Source: an uncultured delta proteobacterium
GTDB taxonomy: Bacteria > Desulfobacterota > Binatia > UBA9968
DNA length: 64,000 nucleotides
Direction of reading: 5' to 3'
Assembly (NCBI GenBank): GCA_963737905.1
Contig: CAVTUQ010000021.1
Coordinates: 1 to 64,000 of the forward strand
Below are positions 1 to 10,695 of this stretch, in pieces. Below the pieces are notes generated by a model, which saw only the letters and a list, made by a program, of their open reading frames with translations, was not told where the DNA came from and searched no databases. A program made the position numbers and the translations under genes. Every line of letters starts with the position of its first letter. Within the stretch, counting starts at the first letter, position 1.

Positions 1-29
1 CCTTCTGAAAAAGTGGTATAAATCCAACC

Positions 30-995
30 ATGTTGCCGGCGGGGTTTGTCAGCAAACTTCTTGGTGCTTTTGGATTGCTGAGCTTGGCGTTTGTGAGCGA
101 AGCGTTCCCGTCAGAGTTGACGAGGGCATCCGCAATGCACGCTCCAACTCTCAAGGAACTCAAGAACGCTTCGTACTTTGGAATTGAGGGGCTGAAGGGT
201 TCCGTCAAGCTTGTTGATGGAAGATGGAAAGGTAGGCCCTATGGGAAAGGCCGCGCCTCTCGGCCTATTGTCAGTTTAGTCGGCGATCTACGGGTGACCG
301 GTGATCTAGACGGCAACGGCACGGACGACGCAGTGGTTTTGCTCAACTACGCGCCGGGTGGGACCGGTCAATTACTTCACCTCGCGGTGGTGGCACGGAA
401 GAAGGGCAAGATCGAAAATGTCGCGACCACGCTGATCGGTGACAGAGTGCAGATTCGCGATGTTCGTATCGAGCAAAATCGAATCTTGATGGGTGTCGTA
501 CGGGCCGGCCCCAAAGACGCAATGTGCTGTCCTGGAGAAGTAATCACCCTTGGGTGGAATCTTGAACCGGACGGCAAGCTAAATCCTTTTATCGTAACGG
601 CCAAGTCTGAGCGATTGACCCTCGAGACCATCGGGAACACAGAATGGGTCCTGCGATCTTGGAATTTCAAAGAGCCGGCTCCGAAACAACCCACCATAAC
701 TCTTATTTTCAAAGACGGGCGTTTTACGGGCAGCAGCGGCTGCAACAATTATTTCGCTCCCGCCAAAGAGAACGGGAGCATGCCCGGCGATGTGGAGATA
801 GGACCCGCGGGGACCACGCGCAAATCTTGCCCCGAAAAAGAAATGGCCGTCGAGCGTCGCTTTCTCGATCAACTCGTTCACGCAAGAAAATTCGGATTTC
901 TGGTCACCCAGCTCGCTCTCTCTTGGGAGAAAGAGGGCGTTTGGAAAACCATGCTCTTCTACAAGGGGCAACCTCTTTCCGCTGACAAGCGATGA
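30..995 (+). CDS. Exported META (HslJ-like) domain protein
   Basis: N-terminal signal peptide; C-terminal META motifs (TEWVL, FTGSSGCNNY, TRKSCP, ERRFL); N-terminal domain with GDLDGNGTDDAV and CCP. Confidence 0.8.
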   Translation: MLPAGFVSKLLGAFGLLSLAFVSEAFPSELTRASAMHAPTLKELKNASYFGIEGLKGSVKLVDGRWKGRPYGKGRASRPIVSLVGDLRVTGDLDGNGTDDAVVLLNYAPGGTGQLLHLAVVARKKGKIENVATTLIGDRVQIRDVRIEQNRILMGVVRAGPKDAMCCPGEVITLGWNLEPDGKLNPFIVTAKSERLTLETIGNTEWVLRSWNFKEPAPKQPTITLIFKDGRFTGSSGCNNYFAPAKENGSMPGDVEIGPAGTTRKSCPEKEMAVERRFLDQLVHARKFGFLVTQLALSWEKEGVWKTMLFYKGQPLSADKR

Positions 996-1187
996 AAGCC
1001 CTGCAGATTCCAGATGAGTGGGAAAATACAGCGTCTGGCATAAGTGAATAAACGAGGATTTTCAAGAAGAACAAAGGAGGGGCGTACCGGTTGTGGAAAC
1101 TGGTATCGTCTTGGCGTAGACTCGCGCGCGAAACGTGAATGTCAAAAGTAAAAGATCCGACTCGATAATGAAAACCCCATACGGAGA

Positions 1188-2937
1188 ATGACTATCTTAC
1201 GCATCTGGGATTTGCGCCGCGGCGATAACGACGACAATCGCACGAGCCCGCATGGCCACGGCCTGCGTAGCCTCGTTTTATCCACCGCGGTGGAATTCAA
1301 TCCTCTGAAGGCGTCAATCGGTTTTCTGACTCTAATCATTGGGCCGGCCCTGCTAGTGGGTATCGCGCCGTCAATTGTGGTCACTTATGGCCGCCTGGTG
1401 TTCCATAAAGCGACTTTGGCCGGAAGCTATCCAATCTTCTCGCTCGTCTCGTTGATCGTCTTGGTGGGAGCTGCCCTCTGGATCGGCCGACCGCTTCTCG
1501 CATTGGCCGTCGACCGTTTCTGGCATCTCCACTACACCCTGGTTGTTCCAATCCTCGTGGCTTTGCGCGAGCTTCTGCGGGCGGGTGCCGAAAGGTTTCC
1601 CGGGCGCCCGATCACTCCGTCACAGCTCAGTCGCAGACGCCGGCTCGGCACCGTCCTTGCCGCGCTGCTACTCGCCGGAGGAGGGATCGCTCTGGCAATG
1701 ACCGTCGAAGTCTCGATCGGTCTCCAACTCGTCGATGTGGAGCATGTCCGGCCGTGGGCAGTGGCAAATGCGGCGCTCGGCAACGCGGCGGTGATCCTCG
1801 GCCTATCCACTGTCGTCGAGAGCCTCTATTGGCTCTGGCGCGAGCTTACGATCAGTGGCCCGGTTCTCGATTGGCTGCCAAACCCGTCGAAAGCGGAATC
1901 GTCGGTCGTTCGAGTGGCGCATCTCTCGGACCTGCACCTCGTCGGCGAGCGCTACGGTTATCGCATGGAAGCCGGTACGCAGGGCCCGCGAGGCAACCGG
2001 TGCATTCGCAATGCTTTGCGCAAGCTCGCCGCGATAAACGCGTTGACCCCTTTGGATCGTGTCTTGGTGACGGGCGATATCACCGATGCCGGGACGCGGG
2101 GCGAATGGGCGGAGTTCATCGACCTTTTTCGAAGCTATCCCGAGTTGCGAGCCCGCTTGTCGTTTGTGCCGGGCAACCACGATATGAACATCGGCGACCG
2201 CACCAATCCGGGGAGTCTCGATTTGCCGTTGAGCGCCGGTCAGTCGCTTCGCAAGCTCCGCGTCATTCTTGCTCTTGATGCGCTCCAGGGCGATCGCGCC
2301 CATGTGGTCGATCACGCATCCGGCGCACTCGGACCATCGCTCAAGGACTACCTGCGGGAACGCGGGCGCGTGGAGCTGCTGCGCGCGCTGGCGCAACGCG
2401 GCACCTTGCGCGGGCGATGGGAGATAGCAAAGATCTGGGACGCGATCTTCCCGTTGGTCGAACCCCACCGGGGATGATGGATACGGGCTCATTCTCCTCA
2501 ATTCAAATGCCCCCAGCCATTTCCTGCTCACCAATGCGATCGGCATTGTGAATCGATCGCAGCTCAGCGCGCTCAAATCGATCCTGCGAAATTCTCCCGG
2601 TCGCGCCTGGATGATTTTGCTTCACCATCAAGTCGTGGAGTATCCGGTGGCTTCGATCAGTCTGCGCTACCGCATCGGCCTCGCACTCGTCAATGCGCCG
2701 GACGTTCTGGCAGCGATCGCGCCCTATGCCTCGCGTGTCCTCATCCTCCACGGCCATCGGCATACGGATTGGATCGGGACCTGCGGCGATGTTGTTTTGT
2801 GCTCCGCGCCGTCGGCGTCTCTGGGCTCCTCCCACGGCGAGGAAAAGTATCGTGGAAGTTTCCACATCTACGATCTCAGCTTCGGTGCTGACGGCGGCAT
2901 TCGCTTGACCGCAACGGAGCGCGTCAAGGTCGCGTAG
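1188..2937 (+). CDS. Membrane-anchored calcineurin-like metallophosphoesterase (one frameshift near 2465 as given)
   Basis: N-terminal TM helices, then HLSDLH, TGDITD and GNHD in ORF 1188-2477; remaining motifs (LLHH, HGHRH) continue in another frame to 2937. Confidence 0.75.
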
Positions 2938-3346
2938 CCGCGATGGCCGAGGATTGGGAAAATAGCGGGGTAGCGACCCTTTAGCGCGCAACCCGCCCGA
3001 CAACGCGGCCATCCCGGACAAACTTAACTTGCAAGGCAATATTGACAATGATAAATCAACGATCAGTTGCAGCTGTGTTTCCGGAACACATCTGCCACAC
3101 TCGATCAAGTAAACCCAGTCGTTGCAGGATCAACACGGAACGTGGCTTCAGACGCTCAAGCTTTCCTTTTTTACTCTGGCGGACTTGGCTCTGCTAGCGA
3201 TTTTCTCTCGGCGGATCGCCCATCACTTCGGCTGGTGACGACACCTCCGAACAAAACGCGCTGCCGCTAAGCCGGCAGCCAAGTTATTCACGTGCTAGCA
3301 GCGGCATACACAGTCTCAATCGCGAATATTGACGGAGGTTCCACTC

Positions 3347-4466
3347 TTGTCTGGACACTTTAAAACCGGGGGAAACTTTCATTCGACCCGAGCCGCTTCT
3401 CTGCTCGGTGTCTCGATCTTTGCCGTCGTCGTCGCGGCATGCAGGTCCGCTGACAAGCCGCCTCCTCCAGAGATCCGTCCCGTCCGGGTCATGAGCGTCG
3501 AAAAGCGGGCCGGTGGTGAGACGGTCTCTCTCACCGGCAATGTTCAAGCGCAAACCGAAGTCAATCTTGCCTTCCGCATCGATGGCCGGATGATCCGGCG
3601 GAACGTGGATGTCGGCGCTGTTGTCAAGCCCGGGCAGGTTGTCGCCACCCTCAATAACGACAACGAGGAGAACGCCCTGCAATCCGCGCGCGCGAGCCTG
3701 GCCGCTGCCAGGGCGCAACTCGTCGAAGCCCGCAACAACTACGACCGTCATAAGAGCCTGGTGGAGCAGCGCGTCGTAGCAGTAGCCGAGTACGACCGAG
3801 CCGCGGCAAGCTTTCAGACCGCCCAGTCCCATGGTGGATTCCGCGCAGGCGCAAGTGAACACCGCCCAGAACCGCCTGGGGTACGCCCAACTCGTCGCCG
3901 ATGCGGGTGGCACCGTAACAGCGGTGGGAGCTGAGCCTGGCGAGGTGGTGCATGCCGGCCGCATGATCGTGCAGGTCGCAAGGGCCGGAGGACGCGACGC
4001 GGTCTTCGACGTGCCCGCCCGGCTCAAGGACGCCGCGCCCGCCAATCCCGAGATCACGGTCTCGCTGACCACGGATCCAAAGATGACCGCGAAGGGCCGC
4101 GTGCGGGAGGTCTCGCCCCGAGCCGATCCGGCCACAGGGACCTTCAGGGTCAGGGTCGGTCTCACCAATCCGCCCGCAACGATGCGCCTCGGAACGACCG
4201 TGACCGGACGCATGCAGCTCGGCAGCGCGCCAGGCATCGAGATTCCGGCTTCTGCGGTGATCCGGTCCGACCGGCAGTCGGCCGTATGGATCGTCGATCC
4301 CAAGACCGGAACGGTATCGACGCGCAACATAGAAGTAAATTCCCAAGATTTGGCAAGAGTGGTTGTTGCGTCGGGCCTGGATCCGGGTGACGTCGTCGTG
4401 ACCGCGGGCGTCCAGGCTCTGCGGCCCGGCCAGAAGGTCCGTCTCCTCGGGGCGGCGAAGCAGTGA
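3347..4466 (+). CDS. RND efflux periplasmic adaptor (MFP) lipoprotein, frameshifted near 3830
   Basis: GGAGG RBS before TTG 3347; lipobox VAAC; LAFRIDGRM..VDVGAVVKPGQ in ORF 3329-3934; ADPATGTF and GLDPGDVVVTAG in ORF 3831-4466. Confidence 0.85.
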
Positions 4467-7400
4467 TCGGTCCCAATCTTTCCGAGTGGGCGCTCGGCAA
4501 GCGCTCGCTGGTCATCTTCCTGATGATCGTCGCCGTGGTCGCAGGAACGCTGTCGTTCCTGCGACTGGGCCGCGGCGAGGACCCGGCGTTCACGTTCCGG
4601 ACAATGGTCGTCGCGGCGGCCTGGCCCGGCGCGACGGTCGAGGAGACGTTGCTGCAGGTCACCGAGCGCCTCGAGCGCAAGCTCCAGGAAACGAACCATC
4701 TCGATACCGTGCGGAGCTACACCACGGCCGGGCAGACAACGATCTTTGTCGATCTCAAGCAGTCGACGCCGCCCTCCGAGGTGCCCGACGTCTGGTACCA
4801 GGTCCGGAAGAACATCGGTGACATCCGCGGTACGCTTCCCGCTGGTGTCGTCGGCCCGTTCTTCAACGACGATTTCGGCGATACCTACGGCATCATCTAC
4901 GCGTTCACCGCCGACGGCTTTACGTTCCGCGAGCTGCGCGATTACGTCGAGGCCGCGCGTTCGCGCCTGCTGCAGGTGCCTGACGTGTCGAAGATCGAAG
5001 TGCTGGGCGCGCAGGACGAGCAGATCTATATCGAATTCTCGACCGAGCGGCTGGCCGGCCTGCGCCTCGACTACCCGACGATCCTCGCGGCCCTGCAAGC
5101 GCAAAACATCATCCGACCCGCCGGCGTCATCCAGACCGGCGAGGAGCGCGTATTTCTACGCGTTTCAGGCGCGTTCGATAACGAGCGCGACATCGAAGCG
5201 GTCAACTTCGTCGCCGGCGACCGCATCTTCCGGCTCGGTGACATCGCCACCGTGCGGCGGGGTTTCACCGATCCACCGCAGCCGATGTTCCGCGTCAATG
5301 GCCACCCCGCGATCGGTCTCGCGATCGCGATGCGCGATGGCGGCGACATCCTTGCGCTCGGCGAGAACATTCGCAAAGACATGGCCGAGATCAAAGCGAA
5401 CCTGCCGGTCGGCATCGAGCCCACCTTGGTCGCCGACCAGGCGGTCACCGTCGACGTCGCGATCAACGATTTCCTGGCATCGCTGTGGCAGGCGATCCTG
5501 ATCATCCTGGCGTGCAGCTTCGTGAGCCTCGGTATGCGCCCTGGCACGGTGGTCGCGCTGGCGATCCCGCTCACCTTGGCGATCGTGTTCTCGATCATGG
5601 ACATCGTGCACATTGATCTCCATCGGATCTCGCTGGGCGCACTGATCATCGCGCTTACGTTGCTGGTCGACGACGCGATGACCACCGTGGACGCGATGAT
5701 CAACCGGCTTGCCGCGGGCGACACGAAGGACCAGGCGGCGACCTACGCCTACCGGACGCTCGCGGCGCCGATGCTGATCGGCACGTTTGTCACGATCGCG
5801 AGCTTCGTCCCCATCGGATTCGCCCGAAGCTCGGCCGGCGAGTATACGTTCTCGATTTTCGCGGTGGTGGCCATTTCGCTGACCGTCTCGTGGCTGGTCG
5901 CGGTGATCTTCGCGCCGCTCATTGGCAAGGCGATCCTCAAGGTGCCCGAGTCGAAAGCCGACACCAAGCCGAGCAAAATCGTGAGTATCTACAGCGCGTT
6001 CTTGAGAGGGGCGATACAGGCGAAATGGCTGACGATCGGCTTGACGATTGCTGCGTTCGCCGCGGCAATCTTCTTAGTGCGGTTTGTGCCGCGACAGTTT
6101 TTCCCGGCGTCCGACCGGCCCGAGCTGACGGTCGACATGACGCTCAGGCAGAATGCTTCGATCTTCGCGACCGAGGAGCAGGCGAAGCGCTTCGAGGCGC
6201 TCTTGAAGGACGACCCTGACGTCGACCATTACAGCACCTACGTCGGCCGCGGTGCGATCCGGTTCATCCTCACGCTCAACGTCCAACTCGCCAATCCGTT
6301 CTTCGCGCAGTTCGTGATCGTCGCGAAGAATATAGAAGCGCGCGAACGGCTGCAGGCGAAACTCGAGCAGGCGCTTGCCGAGCAGTTTCCCGACGTCGTC
6401 GCGCGCGTCTCGCCCCTGGAGTTGGGTCCCCCGATCGGCTGGCCGTTACAGTATCGGGTGACCGGGCCGGACAAAGACCAGGTCCGCCGGATCGCCCTCG
6501 ATCTCGCGACTGTAATCGCGTCCGACCCGCGCGCGCGGCACATCAATTACGACTGGATGGAGCCCGCGCGGCAGGTCCGCGTCCGCATCGACCAGGACGA
6601 GGCGCGCCAGCTCGGCGTCAGCTCGGCGGCGATCGCCGGGGCCCTGAACGCCGCGATCACCGGCTCGACGGTGACGCAGGTTCGTGACGATATCTATCTG
6701 GTCAACGTGGTCGCGCGCGCAACCAACGAGCAGCGGGTCTCGTTCCAGACCCTGAGGTCGCTTCAAGTGCCTACCCCAAGCGGACGGATGGTGCCCCTGA
6801 CTCAGTTTGCGACATTCGTCGAAGACCAGGAGTATCCGCTGGTGTGGCGGCGCGACCGCGTGCCAACGCTCACCGTGCGCGCGGACGTGAACCACGGCGT
6901 GCTTCCCGACGACGTAGTGGGCACGCTCGCGCCGAAGATCGACGAGTTCAACGCGAAGTTGCCGAAGCCCTACAAGATCGAAACCGGCGGTCTGTTCGAG
7001 GAGAGCGCCGCTTCGCAAGCGTCGGTGTTCGCCGTCGTGCCGCTGATGATCGTGCTGATGCTCACCATCATGATGGTTTTGCTCGTAAGCTTCCGGCGGG
7101 TCGCGATGGTATTTTGCGTGTTACCTCTCGGCGTGATCGGCGTCGTCGCCGCGCTGCTCGTGTTCAACCGTCCGCTCGGTTTCGTCGCGATCCTCGGCAT
7201 CCTCGCGCTGATCGGCATGATCGCGAAGAACGCGGTGATTTTGCTGGTGCAGATCGAGACCGACCGCGCCGGAGGCAAGAACGTACTGGACGCGGTCCTC
7301 GCCGCGGCCACTTCGCGCATGCGGCCGCTGATGCTGACCGCGATCTCAACCGTGCTGGGGTTGATTCCGATCGCGCCGACGGTGTTCTGGGGGCCGATGG

Positions 7401-7547
7401 CCTTCGCGATTATGGGCGGCCTCCTGGTGGCGACCTTGCTGACACTTGATTTTTCTGCCGACTGTGTACGTGACGGTATTCGGAGGCAAGGAAGACGCTG
7501 CTGCTTCCGGCGCTCATCGTCAGCCCGATCGGCGCGCGGCCTTCTGA
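4463..7547 (+). CDS. RND efflux permease subunit (AcrB family); frameshift near 7450 fuses it to the next ORF
   Basis: GRGEDPAFT, LLVDDAM, RMRPLMLTA, GPMAFAIMGG motifs; the normal ending IFLPTVYV...AAF* is in the alternate frame, stopping at 7547. Confidence 0.9.
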
Positions 7548-7564
7548 CATCGGATGACGGGAGA

Positions 7565-8206
7565 ATGGACGTGTTAGCGGAACAACACGCCTTAGGGGAC
7601 CCGTTTCCGCCGCACTGCGAATGGCTCGACATCCATGTCGGTGAGCTAAAGCAATTGTTCAACGCGATGGACCCGGCGCCGTTTCGTGATCGAGACATAG
7701 ACCCGAAGGCCGAGGAGTTCATCGTCGACTGGGGCCGCGAGGTGCGACGCAACGCCCCGCTTGCGCTGATAGTACATCTTTCCCGTCGGCCGACCACGGC
7801 GGAGGAAGTCGCATCGCTGCGGCAGGCGGTGCGGGAGTACTTCGCGCAGAGCGCGAGCCACGCCCGCGCGCAGCTTCGACGGCTGTTCCGCGAGGGGCGC
7901 TGGAGCCTGTTGATCGGCCTTCTGTTCCTTGGCATCGCGATCGTCCTCGGCGATCTCCTCATCGGCCTGGTCGGTCGGTGGAACTACGGCGAGATTCTGG
8001 GGCACGGCCTGCTGATCGGAGGATGGGTCGCGCTGTGGCGACCCTTCGAGATTTTTCTCTACGAGTGGTGGCCGATCCTGGGCGAGGCGCGGCTGTACGA
8101 CCGGCTGAGCGCGATGCAGGTGCGGGTCGTCGACGAGACGCCGTTAGCGACGATACCTTTGACTGTGAACACAGGAGTGAATGATGTCACCGTTGGATCC
8201 ACTTGA
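7565..8206 (+). CDS. Hypothetical membrane protein (two C-terminal TM helices)
   Basis: Own ATG preceded by GGGAGA; QLFNAMDPAPFRDRDIDP and GWVALWRPFEIFLYEWWP segments unrelated to RND. Confidence 0.7.
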   Translation: MDVLAEQHALGDPFPPHCEWLDIHVGELKQLFNAMDPAPFRDRDIDPKAEEFIVDWGREVRRNAPLALIVHLSRRPTTAEEVASLRQAVREYFAQSASHARAQLRRLFREGRWSLLIGLLFLGIAIVLGDLLIGLVGRWNYGEILGHGLLIGGWVALWRPFEIFLYEWWPILGEARLYDRLSAMQVRVVDETPLATIPLTVNTGVNDVTVGST

Positions 8207-8305
8207 TAGACGCCTCGAAACCAATCGGCCCCGCGCGCTGCGATCCATCCCAATCGCGCCGGCAGCCGCGTGCGCCGCCCGATGTGCGGCAGAGGGTCAG
8301 TTTCG

Positions 8306-8813
8306 ATGAGCGTTTCTGCGAAGCACCGTAGCGTTCTCCGTTCGCGCCGCGCTCGCGCGCGGAACCGGTTTTCTGGGCCTGTGGATTGTCCTCATCGGTT
8401 TCGCCCCGACCGATCTCGCTGCCGGTGTGGTGGCCGCCGCGGCGGCCAGCTGCGACGAGCTTGCGCCTGCTGCCGCCGCAACCAGGCGGCATGCGGCTGA
8501 CGGGCTTGCTGTCGCTGATTCCGCACTTCCTTTGGAAGTCCGTGGTTGCCGGAGTGGACGTCGCGCGCCGCGCGCTCGATCCGCGCCTGCCGTTGCGCCC
8601 GGGCTTTGTCGCCTGTCGGGTCGGGTTCGTCCCGGGCCCGGCTCGCAATGCGTTTGCGGCGATGACGAGCCTGTTGCCGGGAACTGTGCCCTGCGCCGAG
8701 GAGGATGGGGCGCTCGTCTACCACTGCCTCGACATCGGACAACCGGTGCTGGAGGAACTCGCTGAAGAAGAGAGGCGGCTTGCGCAGGCGCGGGAGGCAC
8801 GCGCGATGGCTGA
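8306..8813 (+). pseudogene. mnhE: Na+/H+ antiporter subunit E (several frameshifts as given)
   Basis: SVVAGVDVARRALDPRLPLRPGF and TSLLPGT motifs; N-terminus split over frames. Confidence 0.7.
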
Positions 8814-9093
8814 GTTCCTGCTCGCTGCCGCAGGATTCTTGCTCGCAATGTAGCGCTGGGCCTGGCGCGCATCGTGCGCGGCCCCACGGATGCCGATCGC
8901 ATAATGTCGGGACAGCTTCTCGGCACCGGCGGCGTCGCCGTCCTGCTCCTCGCGGGCAACGCCGCGCCACGCCCACCGCAGTCGACGTCGCGCTGATCCT
9001 GGCGCTGCTGGCGGCGTTCGCTTCGGTCGGCCTTCGTGAAGAGCGCGACTCGCCCGATATCGGCACGCCGACAAGGAAGCCGGCACCGGATGA
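8806..9093 (+). pseudogene. mnhF: Na+/H+ antiporter subunit F (frameshifted)
   Basis: MAEFLLAAAGFLL, RIVRGPTDADR and VDVALILALLAAFASV pieces in different frames. Confidence 0.7.
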
Positions 9094-9383
9094 GCTCTCT
9101 TCTCGACTTCTTTACCGTAGCCGCCGTGTCTGCGGGCGCCTTCTTTTTCCTGGCGGGGAGCGTAGGGTTGCTGCGCTTCCCCGACGCGCTGTCGCGCCTG
9201 CACGCGCTAACCAAAGCCGACAACCTCGGCCTCGGGTTGGTGATGCTTGGCCTGCTGCCGCGCGTCGGGGGTCTTTTGGCGGCGATGAAGCTTGTATTCG
9301 TCTGGTTGCTCGTCCTGCTTCCAGCGCGATGGTATCGCAACTCGATTGCTCGCGTCGCGCGGCGGGGAGGTTCTCCGCTGTGA
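9090..9383 (+). CDS. mnhG: Na+/H+ antiporter subunit G (probable frameshift near 9325)
   Basis: GSVGLLRFPDALSRLHALTKADNLG motif; ATGA overlap with mnhF. Confidence 0.8.
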   Translation: MSSLLDFFTVAAVSAGAFFFLAGSVGLLRFPDALSRLHALTKADNLGLGLVMLGLLPRVGGLLAAMKLVFVWLLVLLPARWYRNSIARVARRGGSPL

Positions 9384-10325
9384 CCGGCTTGCGTCGGCGC
9401 CTTGCAGTGGTTCTTTCCCTGCTCCTTCTCGCCATTGCCGCGTGGACGATCGCGGCGCGCCAAACGTTCGCCGCAGTCGTGGGTTTCGTCGCCTATGGCT
9501 TGCTGCTCTCGATCGCCTGGGTGGCTCTGAGCGCCATCGACGTAGCCCTGACCGAAGCGGCCATCGGCGGCGGCCTGACCGGCGTCCTCCTGATCGGCGC
9601 GGCCGCCCGCCTGCGTGCGGCTGAGGCCGCAGGCGTCAGCGGAGCGTCCGGGGACGGCGCTGCGATGGCTCGCCGCGCTGATATCGGCGGCGGTGGCCGG
9701 GGCGATTGCAGTCGCCGTCCTCTCGCTGCCCGATCTCGCCCCCACTCTTGCGCCGGCGGCCGCCGAAATCTCAGCGTCACCGGCGTCGGCAACCCGGTGA
9801 CCGCCGTGTTGCTCGCCTATCGCGCGTTGGACACGTTGCTCGAGTCCATCGTGGTCGTGTTCGCGCTCATCGGCGTCTGGTCGCTGGCGCCGGATCACGT
9901 CTGGGGTGGACGTCCGGGCCCGCTACACCACGCCGATCCTGACGGCGTCCTGTCTATCTCGCGCGGCTGTTACCGCCCATCGGGATCATCGTCGGCATCT
10001 ACATTTTCTGGATTGGGGCGGATCTTCCCGGCGGCAAGTTCCAGGGCGCCACGATCCTGGCAGCCATGTGGCTGCTGGTCATGATGGCGGGTCTTGCCGA
10101 TGCGCCGCCGATCAGCCGGACCTGGCTGCGGATCCTGCTGGTGGCTGGACCGCCGTGTTCATCGCCATCGGTTTCGCCGGCGCCTTGACGCAGGCGCGGT
10201 GCTCGCTTATCCGGAAGGCTACGCCAAGCGTTGATCATAGTCGATCGAAGTCGCGCTGATGCCCACATCGCCCGACCCTCGCCTTGCTGGTGGCTGGGAC
10301 GCCGGAACGGACGGCGCGAGCATGA
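9380..10325 (+). pseudogene. mnhB: DUF4040 + MnhB domain antiporter subunit (multiple frameshifts)
   Basis: AIDVALTEAAIGGG, NPVTAVLLAYRALDTLLE and GADLPGGKFQG motifs across frames. Confidence 0.7.
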
Positions 10326-10695
10326 GCGTGCCGACCTATTCGGGCTGTGCGCAGCGGCGCTGGTCGGCTTTGGGCTCTACGGCGTTATCACGAACCCGCA
10401 GCCGTTGCGCAAGATCCTCGCGTTCAACCTGATCGGCAACGGAGTGTTTCTGTTGTTCGGCGCCATCGCGCGCCGGGGCGCGGCGGCGGGCTTCGGCGGT
10501 GACCCGGTGCCGCAGGGGTTGCTGATCACCGGCATCGTCGTTGCCTTCTCCGCAACCGCCCTGGCAGTTGCGCTGGTGCTGCGGTTATTCCAGGCAACCG
10601 GCTCGCGCCACCCTGCGCTGGCGATCCGCCGACGCAAGGTGGGGAACCGGTGCCCGCGATGCCTGATGCAAATTCCGTGCCGGTTGATGACATGA
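10322..10695 (+). CDS. mnhC: Na+/H+ antiporter subunit C (ends uncertain, frameshifted)
   Basis: LRKILAFNLIGNGVFL and DPVPQGLLITGIVV motifs. Confidence 0.75.

Noticed and set aside
2475-2477. TGA in the metallophosphoesterase as selenocysteine
   Set aside because: The conserved continuation is in a different frame, so this is a frameshift, not readthrough
3042-3055. FNR-like site TTGAC-N4-ATAAA
   Set aside because: Two mismatches, single occurrence, and equally explained as a -35 hexamer
4463-8206. 1247-aa RND fusion protein
   Set aside because: The normal RND C-terminus is in another frame ending at 7547 and the downstream part has its own start; a frameshift explains the fusion
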